Assembly: GCF_009914755.1 (NCBI RefSeq)
Contig: NC_060948.1
Source: the human T2T-CHM13v2.0 reference genome, Homo sapiens
Direction: 5' to 3' (one strand)
Length of the DNA: 64,000 nucleotides
In this document: in pieces, positions 1 to 10,279 of the stretch
Layout of the letters: the number at the start of each line of letters is the position of its first letter
Numbering within the stretch: the first letter of the stretch is position 1
Made by a program: the position numbers and the translations under genes
Notes under the pieces: generated by a model
The model's input: the letters and a program-made list of their open reading frames with translations, nothing else
Databases searched by the model: none
What the model was told of the DNA's origin: nothing

Positions 1-46
1 TGTAATGAACTTTAATGTAATGTACTCGAATGGATTCGACTGGAAT

Positions 47-61
47 GGAATGTTCTCGAAG
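47..61. promoter_or_regulatory. Perfect 3-unit heat shock element, site 1 of the monomer (gGAAtgTTCtcGAAg); recurs once per monomer
   Basis: Exact match to nGAAnnTTCnnGAAn. Intact at 18 of 19 homologous positions by manual inspection; the alternative allele gGAAtgTTCtgGAAg also matches. Lost at 14171 (gATCt). The motif is seen directly; HSF1 binding is inferred. Confidence 0.6.
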
Positions 62-311
62 TGAATGGACTCCAATGGAATGGATTCGAAAGGAATGGAA
101 TCTAATGGAATGGAATTAAATGGAAATGAATCAAATTGAATAGAACGGAATTGAATGGAATGGAATCGAATGCAATGGAATCTAATGAAACGGCAAGGAA
201 AGTAATGGAATGGAATGGAATGGGCTGGAATTGAATGGAATCGAAACGAATGGAATGGAGTCGAACTGAAGAGACTGAAATGGAATGCACTGGAATGGAA
301 GGGAGTGTAAT

Positions 312-326
312 GGAAGGTTCTCGAAA
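312..326. promoter_or_regulatory. Perfect 3-unit heat shock element, site 2 of the monomer (gGAAggTTCtcGAAa)
   Basis: Exact match to nGAAnnTTCnnGAAn. Intact in 14 of 18 monomers; TTC>ATC at about 3845, 7363, 42787 and 46305. Confidence 0.6.
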
Positions 327-1332
327 AAAATGGAATCGAAAGGAATGGAATTGAATGGAACGGAATAGAGTCGAATGGAATTCAATGGAATGGAATGGAC
401 TAGAGTGAAATGGAATCGAACCACAAGGAATGGACAGGAACAGAATGGTCTCGAATTGAATGGAATCGTATGGAATGGCATCAAACGGAATGGAATGGAC
501 AGCCACGGAATGGAATGCACTCGAATGCAATGGAGTCGAAACTAATGGACTGGAATAGAATGGACTCGACTGGTATGGACTCCAATGGAATGGAATCGAA
601 TGGAAGGGAATGGAACGGAATGGACTCGAAGGGAAAAGACTGCAATGGAAAGGTCTCGAATGGAATGGAAATTAATGGAATGGAATGGAATCGAATGAAA
701 TTGAGTCAAAAGGAATGGAATCGAATGGCAAGAAATCGAATGTAATGGAATCGCAAGGAATTGATGTGAACGGAACGGAATCGAATGGAATCCAAAGGAA
801 TGGAATAGAATGGAATGGAATCGAATGGAAAGGACTCGAATGGAAATCACTCGAATAGAATGCAATTTAATAAAATAGGATCAAATGTAATGGAATGGAA
901 TGGAAAGGAATCGAAACGAAAGGAATGGAGACAGATGGAATGGAATGGAACAGAGAGCAATGGTATAGAATGGAATGGAATCATCTGGAATGGAATTGAA
1001 TGGAATGGAATAATATGAAATGGAATGGAATGGAATGGAATGCCCTTGAATTAAATGGACTGGAATGGAATGGACTCAAACAGAGTGGAATGGAAAGTGT
1101 TGAAATAGAATGGAATGGACTCGTTTGGAATGCTCTAGTATGCAATGCAATCGACTGGCAGGGAATCAAGAGGAATGTAATAGAATGCATTGGACTGGAA
1201 TGCAATGGACTCGAATAGATTGGAAACGGAATGCAAAGGAATGGAATGGAATAGTATGGAATGGAATGGAAAGGAATGGAGTGGAATAGACTAGAGTGGA
1301 ATGGAATGGACTGGAAAGCAATGGACTGGAAT

Positions 1333-1347
1333 GGAACTTTCTTGAAT
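1333..1347. promoter_or_regulatory. Perfect 3-unit heat shock element, site 3 of the monomer (gGAActTTCttGAAt)
   Basis: Exact match to nGAAnnTTCnnGAAn. Intact in 16 of 18 monomers; first unit GAA>AAA at about 15467 and 57954. Confidence 0.6.
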
Positions 1348-1999
1348 GGACTGGAATCAAACGGAATGGAATGCAATGCAATCAAATGGCATGGAATAAA
1401 ATAGAATGAAAGAGAATCAAATGGAATTGAATCGAATGGAATCTAATGGATTGGAAAGGAATAGAATGGAATGGAATGGAATTGACTCAAATGGAATGGA
1501 CTAGAATGGAATGGATTCGAATGGAAGTCAAAGGAATGGAATCTATTGGAATGGACTGTAATGGAATGGAATGGAAGGGATTGGAATGGACTCGAATGGA
1601 ATGGACTGCAATAGAAAGGATTCGAATGGAATGAAAAAGAATTGAATGGAATAGAACAGAATGGAATCAAATCGAATGAAATGGAATGGAAGAGAACGGA
1701 ATGGAATGAAATGGAATGGAAAGGATTCGAATGGAATGCAATCGAATGGAACGGAATCGAACGGAATGGAATAAAATGGAAGAAAACTGGCAAGAAATGG
1801 AATCGAAATGAATGGAGTGTTATGGAACGGACTCAAAAGGAATTGAATGTAATAGAATGGAGTGGAGTGGACTCGAATATAATGGACTGGAATGGAATGA
1901 AATCACATGGAATGGGAACGAATGGAATGGAATGGAAAGGAATGGAATGGAAAGGAATGGAATCGAATGGAAAGGAATCGAATGGAAGGGAATGAAATT

Positions 2000-4900
2000 G
2001 AATCAACAGGAATGGAAGGAAGTAGAATAGACGGTAATGGAATGGACTCGAATAGAATGGACACGAATGCTCAAATTGAATGGACTCGAATGGAATGGAA
2101 ACGAAAGGAATGTCGTCGAATGGAATTGAATCGATTGGAATGAAATCGCATAGAATGGAGTGGAATCAAATGGAATTGAATCGAAAGGAAAGGAAGCGAA
2201 TGGTCTGAAATGAAATGGAATGGAATTGAATGGAAAGTAATGCAAGGGAATAGAATGGAACGAAATTTCACGGAATGGAATCAAACTGAATGGAATCAAA
2301 TCAATGGAATATAATCAAATGGCATGGAAAGGAATTGAATGGAGTAGATTGGATTGGATGGGATTGGAATGAAATGTACTGGAAAGGACTCGAATTTCAT
2401 GAAATGGAATGGAATGAACTGGAACGGAATGGACTCGAATGGATTGGAATGTCATGGAATGGCATCAAATGGAATGGCATCAAATGGAATGGAATCGAAT
2501 GCAATGGAATGCTATGGAATGGAATGGAATGCATTGGAATGGAATGTCCCCTAATGGAATGGATTCGAGTGGAATGGAATCGAATATAATGGAGTCGAAT
2601 GAAATGGAATTGAAAGGAAAGGGATCGAATACAATGGAATATACTGGAATGTAATGTAATGAACTCGAATGTAATTGACTAGAATGGAATGTACATGAAT
2701 GGAATGTAATCGAATGGAAAATAATCTCATGGAATAGAATCTAATGCAATAAAATCGACTCAAATAGAATAGAATGGAATGGAATGGAGTGCAGTGCAAT
2801 GGAATGGAATGGAATGGAATGCAATGGAATGGAATGGAATGGGATGGAATGGTATGGGATGGATAGAAATGGACTGGAGTGAAATGGACTGGAAAGTAAT
2901 GGACTCAAATTGAAAGAGCTCGAAAGAATGGAGTCAAATGGAATGGTCTGGAATGGAATGAACACGAATGTAATGCAATCCAATAGAATGGAATCGAATG
3001 GCATGGAATATAAAGAAATGGAATCGAAGAGAATGGAAACGAATGGAATGGAATTGAATGGAATGGAATTGAATGGAATGGGAACGAATGGAGTGAAATT
3101 GTATGCAGTAGAAGAGAATAGAATGGAATGCAAGCGAAATTAAAGGAATGGATTGGAATGGAATGGAATTCATTGGAATGGAAGGGAATGTATTGCAATG
3201 GACAGGCCTTTAATAAAGTGGAATGCTACGGTCTCGAATGGAATAAAAATGTATGGAATGGAATTCAATGAAACGGAATCGAATGTCATAGAATGTAATG
3301 GAATGCAAAAAAATGGAATCCAAAATCATTGACTGGAAAGGCTGGGTGTCGAAAGGAATTGACTCCAATGGAATGAAATCGAATGGAATGGAAGTGAATA
3401 GAATCGAAGTAAATCGAATGGAATGGAATTGTTAGGAACGGAATGGAAAGGAGTGCAATGATTTGGCATGGAACGGAATCGAATGGCATTGAATGGAGTG
3501 GAATGGAATGCAATGGAATGGAATGTATTAGAATGTAATGAACATTAATGGAATGTACTCGAATGGATTCGACTGGAATGGAATGTTCTGGAAGTGAATG
3601 GACTCCAATGGAATGGATTCGAAAGGAATGGAATCTAATGGAATGGAATTAAATGGAAACGAATCAAATTGAATAGCACGGAATTGAATTGAATGGTATC
3701 AAATGCAATGGAATCTAATGAAATGGAAATGAAAGGAATGGAATGGATTGGAATGGGCTGGAGTTGAATGGAATCGATACGAATGGAATGGAATAGAACT
3801 GAAGAGACTGGAATGGAATTCACTGGAATGGAAGGGAGTGTAATGGAAGGATCTCGAAAAAAATGGAATCGAATGGAATGGAATTGAATGGAACGGAATA
3901 GAGTCGAATGGAATTCAATGGAATTGAATGGACTAGAGTGAAATGGAATCGAACCACAAGGAATGGAGAGGAATAGAATGGTCTCGAATTGAATGGAATC
4001 GTATGGAATGACATCAAACGGAATGGAATGGACAGCCACGGAATGGAATGCACTCGAATGCAATGGAGTCGAAACTAATGGACTGGAATAGAATGGACTC
4101 GACTGGTACGGACTCCAATGGAATGGAATCGAAAGGAAGGGAATCGAACGGAATGGACTCGAAGGGAAAAGACTGCAATGGAAAGGTCTCGAATGGAATG
4201 GAAATTAATGGAATGGAATGGAATCGAATGAAATGGAGTCAAAAGGAATGGAATCGAATGGCAAGAAATCGAATGTAATGGAATCGCAAGGAATTGATGT
4301 GAACGGAACGGAATGGAATGGAATCCAAAGGAATGGAATAGAATGGAATGGAATCGAATGGAAAGGACTCGAATGGAAATCACTCGAATAGAATGCAATT
4401 TAATAAAATAGGATCAAATGGAATGGAATGGAATGGAAAGGAATCGAAACGAAAGGAATGGAGACAGATGGAATGGAATGGAACAGAGAGCAATGGTATA
4501 GAATGGAATGGAATCATCTGGAATGGAATTGAATGGAATGGAATAACATGAAATGGAATGGAATGGAATGGAATGCCCTTGAATTAAATGGACTGGAATG
4601 GAATGGACTCGAACAGAGTGTAATGGAAAGTGTTGAAATAGAATGGAATGGACTCCTTTGGAATGGTCTAGTATGCAATGCAATCGACTGGCAGGGAATC
4701 AAAAGGAATGTAATGGAATGGATTGGACTGGAATGCAATGGACTCGAATAGATTGGAAACGGAATGCAAAGGAATGGAATGGAATAGTATGGAATGGAAT
4801 GGAAAGGAATGGAGTGGAATAGACTAGAGTGGAATGGAATGGACTGGAAAGCAATGGACTGGAATGGAACTTTCTTGAATGGACTGGAATCAAACGGAAT

Positions 4901-7900
4901 GGAATGCAATGCAATCAAATGGCATGGAATAAAATGGAATGAAAGGGAATCAAATGGAATTGAATCGAATGGAATCGAATGGATTGGAAAGGAATAGAAT
5001 GGAATGGAATGGAATTGACTCAAATGGAATGGACTAGAATGGAATGGATTCGAATGGAAGGCAAAGGAATGGAATCTATTGGAATGGACTGTAATGGAAT
5101 GGAATGGAAGGGATTGGAATGGACTCGAATGGAATGGACTGCAATAGAAAGGATTCGAATGGAATGAAAAAGAATTGAATGGAATAGAACAGAATGGAAT
5201 CAAATCGAATGAAATGGAATGGAATAGAAAGGAATGGAATGAAATGGAATGGAAAGGATTCGAATGGAATGCAATCGAATGGAATGGAATCGAACGGAAT
5301 GGAATAAAATGGAAGAAAACTGGCAAGAAATGGAATCGAAATGAATGGAGTGTTATGGAACGGACTCAAAAGGAATTGAATGTAATAGAATGGAGTGGAG
5401 TGGACTCGAATATAATGGACTGGAATGGAATGAAATCACATGGAATGGGAACGAATGGAATGGAATGGAAAGGAATGGAATCGAATGGAAAGGAATCGAA
5501 TGGAAGGGAATGAAATTGAATCAACAGGAATGGAAGGAAGTAGAATAGACGGTAATGGAATGGACTCGAATAGAATGGACACGAATGCTCAAATTGAATG
5601 GACTCGAATGGAATGGAAACGAAAGGAATGTCGTCGAATGGAATTGAATCGATTGGAATGAAATCGCATAGAATGGAGTGGAATCAAATGGAATTGAATC
5701 GAAAGGAAAGGAAGCGAATGGTCTGAAATGAAATGGAATGGAATTGAATGGAAAGTAATGCAAGGGAATAGAATGGAACGAAATTTCACGGAATGGAATC
5801 AAACTGAATGGAATCAAATCAATGGAATATAATCAAATGGCATGGAAAGGAATTGAATGGAGTAGATTGGATTGGATGGGATTGGAATGAAATGTACTGG
5901 AAAGGACTCGAATTTCATGAAATGGAATGGAATGAACTGGAACGGAATGGACTCGAATGGATTGGAATGTCATGGAATGGCATCAAATGGAATGGCATCA
6001 AATGGAATGGAATCGAATGCAATGGAATGCTATGGAATGGAATGGACTGCATTGGAATGGAATGTCCCCTAATGGAATGGATTCGAGTGGAATGGAATCG
6101 AATATAATGGAGTCGAATGAAATGGAATTGAAAGGAAAGGGATCGAATACAATGGAATATACTGGAATGTAATGTAATGAACTCGAATGTAATTGACTAG
6201 AATGGAATGTACATGAATGGAATGTAATCGAATGGAAAATAATCTCATGGAATAGAATCTAATGCAATAAAATCGACTCAAATAGAATAGAATGGAATGG
6301 AATGGAGTGCAGTGCAATGGAATGGAATGGAATGGAATGCAATGGAATGGAATGGAATGGGATGGAATGGTATGGGATGGATAGAAATGGACTGGAGTGA
6401 AATGGACTGAAAAGTAATGGACTCAAATTGAAAGAGCTCGAAAGAATGGAGTCAAATGGAATGGTCTGGAATGGAATGAACACGAATGTAATGCAATCCA
6501 ATAGAATGGAATCGAATGGCATGGAATATAAAGAAATGGAATCGAAGAGAATGGAAACGAATGGAATGGAATTGAATGGAATGGAATTGAATGGAATGGG
6601 AACGAATGGAGTGAAATTGTATGCAGTAGAAGAGAATAGAATGGAATGCAAGCGAAATTAAAGGAATGGATTGGAATGGAATGGAATTCATTGGAATGGA
6701 AGGGAATGTATTGCAATGGACAGGCCTTTAATAAAGTGGAATGCTACGGTCTCGAATGGAATAAAAATGTATGGAATGGAATTCAATGAAACGGAATCGA
6801 ATGTCATAGAATGTAATGGAATGCAAAAAAATGGAATCCAAAATCATTGACTGGAAAGGCTGGGTGTCGAAAGGAATTGACTCCAATGGAATGAAATCGA
6901 ATGGAATGGAAGTGAATAGAATCGAAGTAAATCGAATGGAATGGAATTGTTAGGAACGGAATGGAAAGGAGTGCAATGATTTGGCATGGAACGGAATCGA
7001 ATGGCATTGAATGGAGTGGAATGGAATGCAATGGAATGGAATGTATTAGAATGTAATGAACATTAATGGAATGTACTCGAATGGATTCGACTGGAATGGA
7101 ATGTTCTGGAAGTGAATGGACTCCAATGGAATGGATTCGAAAGGAATGGAATCTAATGGAATGGAATTAAATGGAAACGAATCAAATTGAATAGCACGGA
7201 ATTGAATTGAATGGAATCGAATGCAATGGAATCTAATGAAATGGAAATGAAAGGAATGGAATGGATTGGAATGGGCTGGAGTTGAATGGAATCGATACGA
7301 ATGGAATGGAATAGAACTGAAGAGACTGGAATGGAATTCACTGGAATGGAAGGGAGTGTAATGGAAGGATCTCGAAAAAAATGGAATCGAATGGAATGGA
7401 ATTGAATGGAACGGAATAGAGTCGAATGGAATTCAATGGAATTGAATGGACTAGAGTGAAATGGAATCGAACCACAAGGAATGGAGAGGAATAGAATGGT
7501 CTCGAATTGAATGGAATCGTATGGAATGACATCAAACGGAATGGAATGGACAGCCACGGAATGGAATGCACTCGAATGCAATGGAGTCGAAACTAATGGA
7601 CTGGAATAGAATGGACTCGACTGGTACGGACTCCAATGGAATGGAATCGAAAGGAAGGGAATCGAACGGAATGGACTCGAAGGGAAAAGACTGCAATGGA
7701 AAGGTCTCGAATGGAATGGAAATTAATGGAATGGAATGGAATCGAATGAAATGGAGTCAAAAGGAATGGAATCGAATGGCAAGAAATCGAATGTAATGGA
7801 ATCGCAAGGAATTGATGTGAACGGAACGGAATGGAATGGAATCCAAAGGAATGGAATAGAATGGAATGGAATCGAATGGAAAGGACTCGAATGGAAATCA

Positions 7901-9050
7901 CTCGAATAGAATGCAATTTAATAAAATAGGATCAAATGTAATGGAATGGAATGGAAAGGAATCGAAACGAAAGGAATGGAGACAGATGGAATGGAATGGA
8001 ACAGAGAGCAATGGTATAGAATGGAATGGAATCATCTGGAATGGAATTGAATGGAATGGAATAACATGAAATGGAATGGAATGGAATGGAATGCCCTTGA
8101 ATTAAATGGACTGGAATGGAATGGACTCGAACAGAGTGTAATGGAAAGTGTTGAAATAGAATGGAATGGACTCCTTTGGAATGGTCTAGTATGCAATGCA
8201 ATCGACTGGCAGGGAATCAAAAGGAATGTAATGGAATGGATTGGACTGGAATGCAATGGACTCGAATAGATTGGAAACGGAATGCAAAGGAATGGAATGG
8301 AATAGTATGGAATGGAATGGAAAGGAATGGAGTGGAATAGACTAGAGTGGAATGGAATGGACTGGAAAGCAATGGACTGGAATGGAACTTTCTTGAATGG
8401 ACTGGAATCAAACGGAATGGAATGCAATGCAATCAAATGGCATGGAATAAAATGGAATGAAAGGGAATCAAATGGAATTGAATCGAATGGAATCGAATGG
8501 ATTGGAAAGGAATAGAATGGAATGGAATGGAATTGACTCAAATGGAATGGACTAGAATGGAATGGATTCGAATGGAAGGCAAAGGAATGGAATCTATTGG
8601 AATGGACTGTAATGGAATGGAATGGAAGGGATTGGAATGGACTCGAATGGAATGGACTGCAATAGAAAGGATTCGAATGGAATGAAAAAGAATTGAATGG
8701 AATAGAACAGAATGGAATCAAATCGAATGAAATGGAATGGAATAGAAAGGAATGGAATGAAATGGAATGGAAAGGATTCGAATGGAATGCAATCGAATGG
8801 AATGGAATCGAACGGAATGGAATAAAATGGAAGAAAACTGGCAAGAAATGGAATCGAAATGAATGGAGTGTTATGGAACGGACTCAAAAGGAATTGAATG
8901 TAATAGAATGGAGTGGAGTGGACTCGAATATAATGGACTGGAATGGAATGAAATCACATGGAATGGGAACGAATGGAATGGAATGGAAAGGAATGGAATC
9001 GAATGGAAAGGAATCGAATGGAAGGGAATGAAATTGAATCAACAGGAATG
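2000..9050 (+). repeat. Nested near-identical tandem duplication of a variant 3,518-bp monomer (copy 1 of the higher-order repeat)
   Basis: Constant offset of 3,518 (2290/5808, 3205/6723, 3635/7153, 5175/8693). Shared private variants include tgtcccct, gcgaaattaaagg, ggcctttaataaag, gttagg, aacattaatg, atcgatacg, ggagagg and atgacatc. Endpoints are approximate. Confidence 0.85.
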
Positions 9051-10125
9051 GAAGGGAATAGAATAGACGGTAATGGAATGGACTCGAATAGAATGGACAC
9101 GAATGCTCAAATTGAATGGACTCGAATGGAATGGAAACGAAAGGAATGTCATCGAATGGAATTGAATCGATTGGAATGAAATCGCATAGAATGGAGTGGA
9201 ATCAAATGGAATTGAATCGAAAGGAAAGGAAGCGAATGGACTGAAATGAAATGGAATGGAATTGAATGGAAAGTAATGCAATGGAATAGAATGGAACGAA
9301 ATTTCACGGAATGGAATGAAACTGAATGGAATCAAATCAATGGAATCTAATCAAGTGGAATGGAAAGGAATTGAATGGAGTAGATTGGATTGGATGGGAT
9401 TGGAATGAAATGTACTGGAAAGGACTCCAATTTCATGAAACGGAATGGAATGAATTGGAACGCAACGGACTCGAATGGAATGGAATGTCATGGAATGGCA
9501 TCAAATGGAATGGCATCAAATGGAATGGAATCGAATGCAATGGAGTGCTATGGAATGGAATGGAATGCATTGGAATGGAATGTCCTCTAATGGAATGGAT
9601 TCGAGTGGAATGGAATCGAATATAATGGAGTCGAATGAAATGGAATTGAAAGGAATGGGATCGAATACAATGGAATATACTGGAATGTAATGTAATGAAC
9701 TCGAATGTAATTGACTGGAATGGAATGTACATGAATGGAATGTAATCGAATGGAAAGTAATCCAATGGAATAGAATCTAATGCAATAAAATCGACTCAGA
9801 TAGAGTAGAATGTAATGGAATTGAGTGCAGTGCAATGGAATGGAATGGAATGGAATGCAATGGAATGGAATGGAATGGAAAGGAATGGAATGGAATGGGA
9901 TGGAATGGTATGGAATGGATAGTAATGGACTGGAGTGAAATGGACTGGAAATGAATGGACTCAAATTGAAAGGGCTCGAAAGGAATGGAGTCAAATGGAA
10001 TGGTCTGGAATGGAATGAACACGAATGTAATGCAATACAATAGAATGGAATCGAATGGCATGGAATATAAAGAAATGGAATCGAAGAGAATGGAAACAAA
10101 TGGAATGGAATTGAATGGAATGGAA

Positions 10126-10279
10126 TTGAATGGAATGGGAACGAATGGAGTGAAATTGTATGCAGTAGAAGAGAATAGAATGGAATGCAAGCGAAAGGAA
10201 AGGAATGGATTGGAATGGAATGGAATTCATTGGAATGGAAGGGAATGTAGTGTAATGGACAGGCCTGGAATAAAGTGGA
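10126..10279. other. Target of the classic Y-repeat sexing PCR (primers Y1.2/Y1.1), 154 bp here; repeated in each monomer
   Basis: ttgaatggaatgggaacgaatgg at 10126-10148 and ggacaggcctggaataaagtgga at 10257-10279 (reverse complement TCCACTTTATTCCAGGCCTGTCC) match the DYZ1 sexing primers as I recall them. The primer identity is from memory and was not checked. Confidence 0.7.

Noticed and set aside
866-880. AATAAA polyadenylation-like signals (tttaataaaatagg and several ggaataaaa per monomer)
   Set aside because: They are only one or two substitutions from the pentamer background, have no GU/U-rich downstream element, and there is no transcript evidence in the sequence.
726-1800. Internal half-monomer (~1.8 kb) duplication suggested by ggcaagaaat at ~727 and ~1789 and A7 runs at ~324 and ~3307
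   Set aside because: The spacings (about 1,060 and 2,980 bp) are inconsistent with a half-unit and the flanks do not align beyond the pentamer background. A pentamer-encoded self-alignment would be needed to test this.
2261-2405. Additional HSE-like sites cgaaatttcacgg and gaatttcatgaaa
   Set aside because: Each has only two correctly spaced units, so they were not counted as perfect HSEs.
9340-9395. DUX4-like motif (gaatctaatca; agattggattgg)
   Set aside because: It does not match the TAAT-starting consensus TAAYBBAATCA, and the site varies between monomers (aatataatca, aatcaaatca).
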